From assembly GCF_964355755.1 (NCBI RefSeq), contig NC_092677.1, positions 14,716,101-14,780,100 on the forward strand: 64,000 nucleotides of DNA, read 5' to 3'. This document shows positions 13,588 to 27,000 of the stretch, one piece after another. Position 1 is the first letter of the stretch. Each line of letters starts with the position of its first letter. Under the pieces are notes generated by a model. The model did no database searches and was not told the origin of the DNA. It was given only the letters and a program-made list of their open reading frames with translations. Source of the stretch: Antedon mediterranea (lineage: Eukaryota > Animalia > Echinodermata). The position numbers and the translations under genes were made by a program.

Positions 13588-13621
<34 letters not shown>
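13366..13621. mobile_element. ~205-bp tRNA-containing cassette flanked by (TA)n tracts
   Basis: (TA)n at 13366-13383 and 13590-13621 bracket the cassette. An internal direct repeat gtttcgaattaat lies at 13519 and 13560. Confidence 0.5.
13424..13482 (+). pseudogene. tRNA-like pseudogene with an internal deletion
   Basis: Acceptor-stem halves GCCCCAG / TTGGGGC, an A-box/D-arm (TGGTCTAATGGTTAGGAC), a degenerate T-loop/B-box (TTTGAGTCTCGG) and TTTTT at 13485. It is only 59 nt: the 3' anticodon stem, variable loop and 5' T-stem are missing. Confidence 0.7.
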
Positions 13622-13622
<1 letters not shown>

Positions 13623-16600
13623 TATTCAGGTTGAAATTTTCAGACCGTTTGGATAGAGTGCTCAATACCAAGGTAGAGCATATACCTATATATATTTGTA
13701 TACTATCCTATACTTATTGTATATTATAGTTTCGTCATCAACAATTAGTACTATTTTAAGATACTCTTTTAACATTTGTCACCTACAGTGCCCTAAAGAG
13801 CTACATGGTATGCTTGTCCTATGTTTTACATAATTTACATAAATCAGCATTTGCCATTACAATACAATCATTGTATATTTTTTTCGCCATTCATATATGC
13901 ATTGCACATGTCGTCCGCATAAAATACATTAACGCACAATGAGAATAACGACACTTGACATTTCATCAACACATGAGGTATAAAACCTCCTCAACAAAAT
14001 ATAATTTACCAAACAATTGTGTATCATCAAAACACGATATCAGCAATGTTAATTATGTGACATATTGCAGCAAGATAAATATGTTTATTAGAAATCTCTC
14101 AGAATATTTTATTGTTCTTTTCAACTATACGTTAATCTTCTAAAAATGTTCATTTTGATATTATCATTATTGTATTAAATATAATTATACAAATACTGCA
14201 AATCTTTAAATGATTTAATAATTTCATAATTACTGGTTATTATAAAAGTTTCATATTCTTTATTTATTTACCATAAACATACAGTAAAATAACCCACGTT
14301 TTATGCAGAACTAAAGGTACTATTTATAAAATTTCCAAAGAATACTGTAAAATGGGAGACGTTATTGTACCTTTTATGCACGTTTTAAAACAAGAATTCT
14401 GAAGTCACTGTTTTTTTAAACATTGCAGAACAACATCCTACTTTACAATGCATACGGTTTTCATTCGTATTCATGAATGTCATCAATATCTGACATTGCG
14501 TATTCACATTTCGATCGCATAAACACATTGTAACAAACAAAACACAATAATATATCGTACAGATATATTGCTTCCACAACTTTGCATTTGTAATAAAGAA
14601 TTCTAAAGTTGGAAATTACTGTTAGTAGATTTTCTAATTACACATCTGTCAGTGTTATCACTATCTATCTAATATGAAATATTTAAATTCGCAGAAAGCA
14701 GTTTGCACAACTGTGCAAAATACGTGATCCATGCTTTGCTATGCATACAATGTTAACAAATATTTTATTAACTCAATGTTCTATTACAAAACAAACTGAT
14801 TAATAAATACTTTTGGAATGGCGGTATCCAAAATTTGAAGTGGAAAACTATTTTACTACGTGGTTTGGTTCACAAAATAAAATAAGTCCACAATGTGGAA
14901 ATCACATTGTGTCATCAATGTATTCAATAATTATAGTTAAATTCTATTATACACCTTAGTATACGGTGTAAACATTTGAAGTGTAACCTTAATTTTGAGA
15001 AAACAAACCGATTTTGATTTTAGTGGTTAGCCAAGGAGGTATATTTAATTGGTAGTTTCTTCTTTTTCTGAACTGCATTTACTGCCAAAAGAAGAAATTT
15101 TATTTACTCCAACACTAACAGAAGCAAGTTCTTAAGAATCATTACAACATATTACTGCATTTTTACTGCATTAACTACACTTTATTTACATGCTCATAAT
15201 TGTATATAACAGTGTTACTGCAGAACACAGTAAATACATAACAGTAGAACAAAGTTGACATTGTCATCCCGCCTTTGTATTTATTTTGTTTAAACCAACC
15301 AAGGAACTTGTATTTTTAAGCATCTGTATAAACGCCATATTATACTAACACTAAATTAAACAGCAGTACTACCGTATGTACAATGTTTATTTATTGTCCA
15401 TGCTCTTGCATTTAAAAGAATTAAAGGATACTGCTATCTGTTACAAAACAAATTCATTCTAATGAAATAGATATACAATCATTCAGTTTAGTTTATGTTG
15501 GCATAACCCAACTGACCCACAGATGTTTTCTGTCAAACACTATAGGATATTATTTTACAAATACAGGAAATTAAAGAATGTAAATTTAGACTGGTCAGTT
15601 TTCTAAAGGCAAGTCCATTAATTTTAAACGTATGTCAAATTTGTAGGATGTTATACTGGTTTTCAAGAATATTAAATGTTAGTGTACTACCGAAAGAATA
15701 TCCTATTTTGGTGATGCATGAATGTACTATGTTAAGCATATGTTAAAAATAAAATGTCATAAAACATATATGATTTATATTAACTTTATGGAATGTTGAA
15801 CCTTGATAAAATATGAATTGCATATGCTTCGTCAGGTGTAACATGCCTGGCCTGCACGTTACTGAAATCTAATTTTAGTAGCACTACAATACATCTGTTC
15901 AATTGGCCAATTACAAGATGTACTCTCTTGTAATGTGGTAAACCCCTCCTATTTTGGTACACCTTTGGGATCAAACAAAGTGTGCCCTTAATATTCATAA
16001 AATATTCCTTACTGCTTACATACCTGGTAAAGTAATTCAAACTATGACTTGTACATGAACTTTATTTTAATTGTTTAATTAGCAATAAATTATAATACAG
16101 TCACTTGTTGTTAATAGTTATATAGTTAATATGTAATGTGATCTGGTACAATAATTAATTCATACGTTTTATCTTTCTCTATCTTTAAAAGCATTTTCCT
16201 GTCATGTTGTTGTTTCTATGATTATAACCTAATTTAACAGAGAAATTGTAAACACTTTCTGAAATGTATGAGAGAAATATGATTCGACAGGATGAGATAA
16301 GCAATGAATGATGGCCCAAGTACCAATTAAATATTATTATATAATTTATAATATCTACAGTGTTACTGATGGTGTTTGAGATACTGTGCATTAGAACGTA
16401 ATAAATCATGGAAAGATTATATTAAAGTCCATTCTCTCAATTTGAATTTAATTTAAAATGTAATACACTTTACTCGCAGGTCCATCTTCTTGATTACTGA
16501 TACAAATTTTTGCTATAGAAAGTAGAAAGCAGTAAATGTATAATGTTACAATGTCTCATCTGATTTTATATTCAGATGCATTGCATTATGTTATGGAGAG

Positions 16601-18131
16601 AAAAAATTGTATGTTTTGGTTTAGGTTGTCTTAATAAAAGAAATTGTTCTATCTCCTTAAACATGTTCAAGTACAACTTCAAACTGAGTTTTGACACTTT
16701 TTGTTATGCATAAAATACTTAAGAAACATGATATTTTCCAAATTCTGGAAATAGGAATTGAACATTCTTATTAAAAACATCAATCAATGCCTTTAAGGAA
16801 GGGTTTTGGGTTATTAATGGCGAAAATCCCCTCCCAACCATGCCGCAACACTATTTTATAGAGATGGCAGGAGCGGCACTTCAATAATTCAGAAGATCAG
16901 AGCACAAATCATTAAGTTCAATATAACTTAACCACAATCAGTTACTCACCAGAAGACCAGAGCACAAATAAATATTTTACAAAATTGTTGTACTTAAAAT
17001 TCAACCTATCTTGTCGTGGGCTTCATAACAAATATGAAACAGATTATTTAACTCATCTATATATAGAGTTGCAGCTGTAGTCTGCAGTTTCCATAGTTTT
17101 TATTCATTTTTATGATATTATTTCTCGTCAGAGATAGACAATGTGACTGAAGTTAAATTGACTAATTCCTATAATTGTATTAAAAATTACCGACAGAGAT
17201 TTTATTATTTTTTTTACTGCTTCTCTATAATTGTGAGCTATTTTGTTACTTTATTTCTCGGGTAAAAAACATGTTTTAATATATTTTTGTTCATGTCATC
17301 TGGAAAGAATTTGGTTAATGTTTTTAATATTTAAAAAATTATTTTGATTTACTTCAACAAAATTAAAATAGGTAACATTGTTATTTTTTTTATTTTTTTA
17401 TTATTAAACATTATCATACTGTATATAATGTTGCCTTGATATTTGTGAAAACATTTTAAAATTGAACTGCCCTTGTTTCTTAATTTCTGACAAAACAATT
17501 TGTCTAAAAAGTAAGAGTTTGGTTTATCAGTGTCTCTAGTGTCCAATGTAACCGGCCTATAAGATAAGAATTGTCTTAAAACTTTAAGACTGTGGAAACA
17601 ATACAACATATTTTACATTATGTTAAGGATGACTTAAAAGTAATGATTGGCTAGTGGCTGATTCAGCTGCCACGTTTTAAAGAAGAAATTCATATGAAAA
17701 AACAGGTGGGATTTAGTTGTGTTAGGTAACTCTTTTTCTTTTGGGAATTTTTAAATAGATACTATCTACTACATAGTTTTAAAGATCATCATTTGTTTAA
17801 ATTGCAAGTCGGCTTTTGATATGTTTTTCTTCTTTCATAGCTTTTGCATAAAATTTAACTGTAAATGAATAAATATTAACTATATAATATAATGCATAAG
17901 AAAAATGCTTATATAGAGGTAGTTTATATAACATAGATATCCTTTATATTTATGTTGACATGTTCTTGATTCGATATTTAAACTTTATGTACAGTAGTTT
18001 TGGTCAATGCTCTATTTAAATGTTTGGAATTAGGTTAATATTCTGTTTTAATTATTAAAAACTGTCAAGTGATTGATTAATGGATATGTTTTAATCATAA
18101 ATGCAAAGGCAAATTACTGAGAAAGTGACAA

Positions 18132-18262
18132 TGCTGTGGGTATCAGTGGCTGAATCTCATTGGAGAAAAATAAATAAGCTAAAATCTAAATCAAAAAAAT
18201 ACAGTAAAGCAGCCAGAAAAATTAGCAGAACTTTCGGGCAACACTAACCCTTCATCAGTGCA
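18132..18262 (-). mobile_element. Probable Penelope-like element pseudo-LTR remnant
   Basis: The hammerhead motif is followed on the minus strand by a T-rich tract and a short GC-richer tail. This layout is typical of PLE terminal repeats. The boundaries are approximate. Confidence 0.45.
18225..18261 (-). ncRNA. Minimal type I hammerhead ribozyme motif of the Penelope-like element type
   Basis: The minus strand reads GCA-CTGATGA-A-GGGT-TAGTGTT-GCCC-GAAA-GT-TC-TGC. This gives both catalytic boxes, a stem II hairpin, a 3-bp stem I (GCA/TGC) and a vestigial stem III. Confidence 0.7.
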
Positions 18263-21200
18263 ATTATAGAAATAATATAGATATATAGATATTTTAACTA
18301 ATAATGAATAAAATATTATTACTAGTACTACTAGAGTAGTATTTTTTCACCTCTCCCCTTTTCTTACAGCTATGTACAGCTCAAAATTGTCGCAACGTTA
18401 CTCACGTTTTATCCAACAAAGTACCAAGCTACGCTTGTTAGTTTGTAATAAACAACTTATACAAAATACTTACGTCAACCTACGAAAATCTCTATTACTG
18501 GAATATTTTGTTAAATGATTAATTGTCTGGTCCACTCTCTCGGTCATCGTCACCAATCAACTTCTTATCCTTGCTAAAGTTTGTTAATCTTATTATTGTT
18601 ATTAGTACTATGTTATTAGTAAGTAATATCCAAGCCATAAATCAATGTCCACTTTATTGTTCTTATATATCTTCAGCTGCCATCTTGTTTTGGTTCTCTA
18701 AAGAATTAAATTGTCAAAACATAGGCCTAATACTAGATAATTTACCTCCGATTGACTCTAAATGATGTAACTCTAATCACTCCATCCATTCTGCAATCAA
18801 CATGCTATCTTTGATAAGGTAACCAGGACACAAACAGATTACAATACTCTCCAGGGTAGGATAAATAAGAAAAATTATGTTTTTGTATAATCTTACTGAG
18901 TATTAGTTCTGATATTAAAGAAAAATATTGGCAACTTGTATTCTGTAAAATGCTAAAGGTTGATTTGTAATCATTGGTTCATTGTTTTCGTACTTATGTA
19001 GAATGATGGGAATATTACAAGAAATTTACTGTTTAAACTTATTCTCCATATATGGATATAATGATATGATATGGAACACAAAAGTTGGTACTTCTTGAGA
19101 AAGAATAATCCATATAAAGACATGCCCGAAACAATACTTACATGAAAGGGATTTATTGATCAATCTTCATGTATGCTGTACATTGATTGATAGAAAAAAG
19201 CGTTGATTCAGCACAGCACGTCAAAGTTATAAATAGGCCTAAAGCCAGTTTCGATGTAACTTCCTTCCGGTTTAAGAATATTCCAATATGGACTTAAATC
19301 CATCTTCCGTCTTGTCTGTCACTCAGTATCCCACACTTCCCAATTCATGTTTTTCTACTTAAAGATTTTAGATAGACAAGTTTGACAAGTCATTTTTTTA
19401 TTGAATAGTAATTTGTTAAGCACTTAAATGAGTTAAAAAACAATATATAAATATACCTTTTCCTAAGAGTATCTAATTAAAACTATGAGCAGACACTAAA
19501 TGTTTACAAAAACATCGAAATATGAATAAAGTATACGGTAGATCAAACGTTTATACACTTACAACTTCTGTTATATGTTCTGTTTTTCCATGTTCTCTTT
19601 TTCCATTCCAATTCCATCTTAAATTAAACATCAATCAAAGGCCAGGCTGTATAAAAAGGCGGCACTCGGGTTTAATCTGACCAGTTATAGATGGCACACA
19701 CTCTAGGTTGTTTGAATGAAAATTATTCACACTGGCCTAGAGGGTCTCAGAATTGCTGAAACACAATTTTAAAACTGATCAACTTATGATTGTGATGTAT
19801 TTTTACAGGAAATGGTAAATACTATTTTATTGATTATGTTGTATACCTATAACTATTAACATACAGATTTGTATATATAACTGTTGAGTTTTTTCGCATT
19901 GCATTTAATTCGAACCCAATGGTGGAGTCATATGGCGACTGTCTTCTGCAGGCCTCGAGCCACGTACCTTCAGGGATTCCAAATCCTCATGCTGCAATAT
20001 ATAGACGCATGCAAATTATTTTGCGTTTAGCTATTGAATGTATAACATGATATACAACTGGGAGTAGAAGAAGGGGGGAATTATGGTAATTTGATTTATG
20101 AACAAAGGGCGATTACCTCAAGACGTTTATTTAAAGTTAAAATCATTTTGATATTAATGAAAAAATATAAATGCCTTATTCATAGTCTTTTCGGTGTCAA
20201 TTAAGTTTAGATAGTACTGTATAGTTTAAATGGAACAATCTATCCTCATATATGATAATTAATATCATAGACTTGCAGTCTGTAATTATTAGACTAAGAA
20301 AATAACCGACAAAAGAATATGTAATTGGTAATAGACTGCTAAATAGAATAAATTAAAATTGTTTATTTTATACATTTTAAAGTTCAAATGTGTGTTAACT
20401 GGGATAACAACTAAGAATTTAAAAAGTAAAAAAATGTGTTACACTCATAGGGGACAACAGGTACTATACTATGAAGAATGTTATCGCATTCAGACGCGCA
20501 TTACATTGCATATTTGCTCGTAATGCATGATGATAGTGAGCCTTGGCAATAAATAATTGCAAATGTTATACTAAAAATGTACTAAAAAGTGCTCCTTAAC
20601 ACTGCTAAAAATCTAACTATGACTTAAATTGCAACTTATCACAACACATTTCGGGCACTGATTGGCTTATATGCGAACTACAACCACATTAAAATTGTAA
20701 CCAGCGAGTTTTAAAGGAGTTTAGCCAAATTGCAATTGGAAATGTTGTTGATTATTCATAAACCCTTATCACACTTATTTGTGTGTGAAATATTTATTAT
20801 TATACGAAATGGGAAAATATATTGTTTCATGTTTTGTACAATTTACAGATTTTTAACATATGTCATAATATGCCAAATAATGATTAACATAATGACTAGA
20901 TAATACCTTAATTGTGACAATCATTGTCAAAGCTATTATCATCTGGGAAAGTTGTTAAGGGAAAGGATAGAAGCATTTGAAGTCTTAGGCCCATCAACTT
21001 TGCTTTGCTAGATATCTCATGCTAATTGAACAGCAAAAATGACCTTGCCATGGCCTGATTAATTTTCAATTCAAAGTTTCTATTATTAAAGAACAACATC
21101 TCTTAAAGATTGTTGTTTGAACTACAGTATAGTCAAGTGCATGTTTCTGTATATTGAAATTAGAACCTGTCAAACGTACTTACAATCTCCAAAAATAAAA

Positions 21201-22740
21201 AAAGAAATCACTAAATGTTATCTGTGAATGAACAATTTCTGAAGAAAATAGTTTCAAGCAACAAAATCAATGATCAATATATTCTGTTGGCTTTTATACT
21301 ATTCAATTTTAATTCTTCTGGCATAAATAAAAGAAAATCTTTAAATTAGTTTGTTCCCTGATCTGAATTGCAATATGCAAATATCTAATATTGACGTTTG
21401 TTAATGGATGTGACCTACATCAAAGCTTAATTAAATGCAAAGGTATTAATTTGAATATTATCATACACTCTTTTTTTGGCAACAGTAATGTCCATATCTA
21501 GGAATACCTCCATCCAGCCTTTTATGGGCTGGATGAAGATGATATGCTGATAGGGGTCTTCAGCCTAAAAATTCAACCATTTGAAAGATCAGTTTTAAAA
21601 TCTTCTGTTGCTACTTTTAGCTAAGACAACTAAGGACTTTGTACCATTGTCACTTCATTCCCTGTTTTGCATCCATCCCTTTTATAATTTCATGATTGCT
21701 ACCATTAGACCTAGCAATATATTCTGAGCAATTCAGTTGAAATAGACTTTTATACATCACACAAATTCATTATGTTAGATATTTAATGAGTTGTCTTTCA
21801 GATGAAATAGAATATATTAGACAAGGAAAGAATCGGTTAAACCATTAAAAGATTTCTTAAACATTATAACATACTGTGATACATCCTGATGGAATGTTTC
21901 TGCTTTAATCTTACAGATGTTTTAAATATCCCTCCTGTAACTTATTCTCATGACCTTTTGTACATAATAAATGACCAAGGGGTCACCAACCTTACAAATT
22001 AACATTCAATCCCCACCCCCACCATGTTTATTGAATTAATTAAAGTAAATATATCAAAATAATTTATTATCAGTGGAGATAGTGAATGTCAAATTAATCA
22101 TGTAGCTGTATTATCTTTGCTGTCTTCTTCATCACCTGGGAAGAATGTGGGCGAAGGGTCAGGTGTACTTGCTCATATTGAGTATTGATCGATAATGTTG
22201 AAAGTATTAACTGGACATCGTGAGTATGTCAAGTATCATTGTTTAAACATAAGTACCAGGATGTCTACAGAATTGTGGTAAAATACAGAAAATAAATTAC
22301 AGTTTGGTCTCAGGTGTTTAATCTAAAGTGGGGGGAGTGTAGAATATTACCATATGCTTGTCATCCACACCTATTTTACATGAATCACCTGAGGAAATTT
22401 AAAATTGTGAAATTAATAGAACTGTGTTGTTCTAAATTTATGTATTTTGTAGTTGTACAATATGTCACTCTGTTTTAGCCTTTACTTCCTGAGGTAAAAA
22501 ATTAAATTAAAGTAAATTTATTCATAGCAATACCTTCCATATTGATTACACAATCTGGCTATGTTTTGTGGGTACTATTATGGTAATCAAGTAAATCATA
22601 TGGCTCAGCCTATAATCATTTTTAGTAAATGGAAATAATCTTTAAGGCATCTGCGATGAAACCCTAGTCAGTCTTCTTTGCCTTTATTATAATATTTTGC
22701 TGATCACTGATTGATTGATATTATAAAGGAAATTTGCATG

Positions 22741-22972
22741 TATAATTAGAATTTGCATACTATAGAATTAACATATATTATAATTAGAATTAACATATAT
22801 TATAATTAGAATTAACATATATTATAATTAGAATTAACATATATTACAATTAGAATTAACATATATTATAATTAGAATTCACATATATTATAATTAGAAT
22901 TAACATATATTACAATTAGAATTAACATATATTATAATTAGAATTCACATATATTATAATTAGAGTTTACAT
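22741..22972. repeat. 22-bp AT-rich minisatellite (tagaattaacatatattataat), 9 full units plus degenerate edges
   Basis: Units start every 22 bp from 22763 to 22939, with a partial unit at 22961. Confidence 0.97.
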
Positions 22973-23856
22973 AATTTACGGTACATATTTAACCTTGCAA
23001 TGATTTAATTTCTGTTTTTAAATGGAAAAATGTCTATACTCATCCCACATTTCTCACTCTCTTAATGATGTTTAGATCAAGCCTACCTTGCTGACAAAAA
23101 ACTTTTACTATTATATACTACTTATACTATTATAAAATTATAGTATATTTCTTTTTAGATATTGTTTTGTTTGTGGATAACTGGTGGCAGCTAAGAAATT
23201 GAATTGATTAATAAAACGAATGTGATTTTGTTTTATTACAACTTTTTAATCATAGTAGATCACAGTTAAAACATTGTGTGGGCGTCCGCATCGTTTATGG
23301 TTTCGTTAAAAACAATTTGAAATTCACCAAAGTTGAAATGTACTATTAGTGAAAGATATTTATTTAACTTGAAATTGAGTTATCTAGGATGTTCTAGTTA
23401 GGATACAGAATTCATTTTTAAATAATGCAACCATAAAATTAATGAATTTCTTCTGTGTTATTTAGGATGTAACAAGTTAAATGAAAATTAGTGAAATTAG
23501 ACCACTTCCTTTGATAATAACAACATAACAAATAAATTAACATTTAAACATTGATTCTCATTCTCATCAGCTGTACTTTCCCCATCTAATAAACAAGATT
23601 GTGTTACCATGGAAACACATTTCATTAATTACAGGGATTTTTCCCTTGGTGAATTTAAAACGAGTACACACAATTATGGTTTTGAAAGTATACAGTTTAG
23701 AATGATTTAAATGTCCCATTTTGGTTATAAAATGTTGATGAATGATAGATAAATTGTGAATTGATTTGTGATTTTCGAAGCGAATATGAACAAATAGAAT
23801 TGTTATTAAAATGTTTAGTCATAGTTTTCTTTATCTATAATTATAAAATGTCATTG

Positions 23857-24045
23857 AGGATAGAATGGTCGATAGGTATGGCATCAGCATTAATCAGAAG
23901 ATTCTGAGTTTAAATCTTAGTTGGGCCAACTGTTTTTTTTGGTTTCAATCTTGTTGATTTTGAGTCCATAGCCAGGGGGTTTGGAAGATCTGAATGGCAC
24001 CCTGAGTGGCAACTTCAAACTGGAGGTTAGGCAGTCGAAGTACAT
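23857..24045 (+). mobile_element. Possible old tRNA-derived SINE fragment
   Basis: A weak A-box-like (ggatagaatggtcgatagg) and B-box-like (ctgagtttaaatct) pair lies at tRNA spacing, followed by a GC-richer body. It is highly degenerate. Confidence 0.3.
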
Positions 24046-27000
24046 GAAAACGATTTTGGTTTGATTAACATTTTTCCTTGTGTGAAGAGTTTTTTAATAT
24101 TGGACAAAGAATAGTACTTTACTGTTTTTTTAATTGAAACTCTTATTCTTAAAGATATTTAACACTGACAATGCTTGAACCTTATACATACTGTGGATAA
24201 AAATATGATATTTAGTAACAACATTCACTTTATGATATATTATAAAGATTACAAGCTTAGCGATTGTGTATGCACCAGTAAGACTAATTGGAAATAAGAT
24301 GGATGAACATTGCGACCAAGTACATTTTAGTTAATCCGGGTTTAAGCCGGGAAGATCATGCTAGACAAGAATATACGTTTCTCTGGTGACAACGAGGGAT
24401 TATTTATGTTAAACGACATCTTTATATCATCATAAAATTGTGTAAATGTTGTCAACGTCTCTAAAATAATTTTACCTTGGGTTTTATAAAATGTTGTAAG
24501 AAGTGCATTTTCATTAATCTTTTCCTAGTTCAAACCCCTGTAGTTGTACAATACAAATTATTCTATAGGTCTGAACAGGCTGCTAAAAATGACAAGTGAG
24601 TACTGTATTGACTACAGTAGAAAGAATTAAAATTGTTTTATGTTAAACTGTGCCTTGACTGGCATTAATTCTGTTTTATCAAATTAAGAAACCATTTACA
24701 TAAATTGAGCCTTGGCAAGAACTATCAAAGCTTTTTATTAAATTAACAATGACATGTTTATTAATGATTTGTTAAAATATCTATATTTTTTTTTCTTGGA
24801 GAATTCCTTCCATAATTATTTTATTTTTATCTATTATCAAGGTTTTCTTTGTCCAACATTTTTCAAATTTGTTAAAGAATGATTTTATTGTATGTGCATT
24901 ATCAATTAGAATGCGTTTCCATCAATGACTTTATATAGTTTCAAGGCGACTTCCGATTGCATGTACTTTTGCTTCCACTGACGTCTTCAATTAAAGCTTT
25001 TGTTAATTCTCCAATGGGGACACGTGCAGGGTGACTGGGAACAATGTTGTTCCAGCAGACTACATTATCTCTAGAGTGGGCTCTGTAGGGAAAACGTCTG
25101 TAGATATTCTGAGACGTATATTGCCAGGCTGCTGATAGCGATTGGGTCGTCGCCAGATGTCCTTTGCAAAATGATAATCCCAAAGACGGGATTATGATTA
25201 ACCTTGAACTTAATGAAGAATATAATGAAAGGTTCTTCCCATTTTCCAATATTAACATTTTGTCGTAGTTGATTGAACTTTTTTTTTATTCCATTTTTGA
25301 CAGAATATTAACAAATGTTTATAAATATTTATAGATTAATGTGAAGTTATTTCTTTTGTTCTATTTTTTCATTTCATTGTGGACATTGGAAATTTATGGT
25401 AGAAACAAAAATCTATTTTCTTTTGAAAACTTTATTTGAAATTACTAGCAAAGATATAGATATTTTAACCACAAAATAAAAATTATGAATCAACCTGCTG
25501 TTTATTTTAAACCAGAAATCCGGTGGGATAATCTGTTTTCAGAGATGTTTTGTCCTACAGTTATCCGTCCACATCCTGTGGATAACCAGATAAATTGTAA
25601 GATTATTTACTATAATGATACAACTGTCCCTGTGTGTTTGTTACCTCGTCCTAACAATGTGGAACTAACTATGATGTAACTCATACAACAATCTATAGTA
25701 TTTCTTGTTATTCTATATTGACATGGCAAATATTGAAAATCTAATAATAATTTTATTCAATACATGAGAATTTTAAACTGATCTGGTTGATTTTTTTTTT
25801 GTCTGTGGGCATCATAACAAAAAAGTTGCAATCTGTCATCAATTAGAATATTTTAATTCTTGGAGTTTGTGTGTCAAAATGTCATACATCAAATTTAATT
25901 CCAATTTATTTGAACTTTACTTACAAAAGATGGTTCAGTATTAACATGCTCATTAATCAGCGAGTCGCCACGAGCTGGGTAGTTATGTAAATTTATATTA
26001 TGTTTTTTTTTATAATGTAGACATAATTATTTCTGTATATTTTATTGATTGGTAATTCTAACATTACTTTAACTATTTTTAGTCTGTGTCAGTTTTGAAT
26101 GGGATAACTTTACTCCATATTTAGAGCCATTTTCATGTAAAAGTATACACCGGAGATGTAGGCCAAATTATTCTCTGCTTTTACATGTTAAATACTATTT
26201 TTCCACCCTCAGTGAGAAAATAAACAATTATTTTACTTCCCTTTTTAAAATTATTGTACTTATATATTTATGTTTAGTTATATTGGATGTTGGTCTACTG
26301 TATATGATGAATAAGTCGAATTTTTAAATGTTATCGTTACACCAATGAATATAAGTCTATAGTTTGAATAGCGGTCACTGAATGTCCGACATATTTTTTA
26401 TCACCTGTAACTGCTAACTACACACCACGTCAAATCCGTTGAAAGCCTTCCCGTACTGTGGCATTTAACTACTCCTCAGATATTAATATCATTTCGTCGT
26501 AATCGCCATCAAGTCTCCTACCGTTAACCTGCCCTTCTTTTTGATCTATTAACACAAAAAACGAAAAAAAACTTAAATTACTTATTGGCTTTGAAATGTT
26601 AATAGCATTTGAATTGTATGTTCCTGGCATGATAATGTAAAATCAATATTTCATTTCTCTAGCACCCCTGAGATATTATATAAATTTTATGTTTATTGCT
26701 GTTACATATTGCTCATAAATTTCCTGTGTTCTTGGATCAGGCATATAGCACTGTTTAATTCTATGAATTGTGATATATATATATATATTATTGCTATTAC
26801 AATACAAGGCTGTGTTATGCACATTGTTTTATATTTGAAATAAAATGAAAATACCTAAAATGGGGTTATTTAAATCAGTTGGCAACCGGACTCTAAGTTC
26901 AATAACAATACACTTTTTGGTGATGATTTTTTTTAAACTAATGATAATTATTAATTCATAAATTCCTCTTTAAAAAGTCTATTTTAAGTGAACCATAAAC

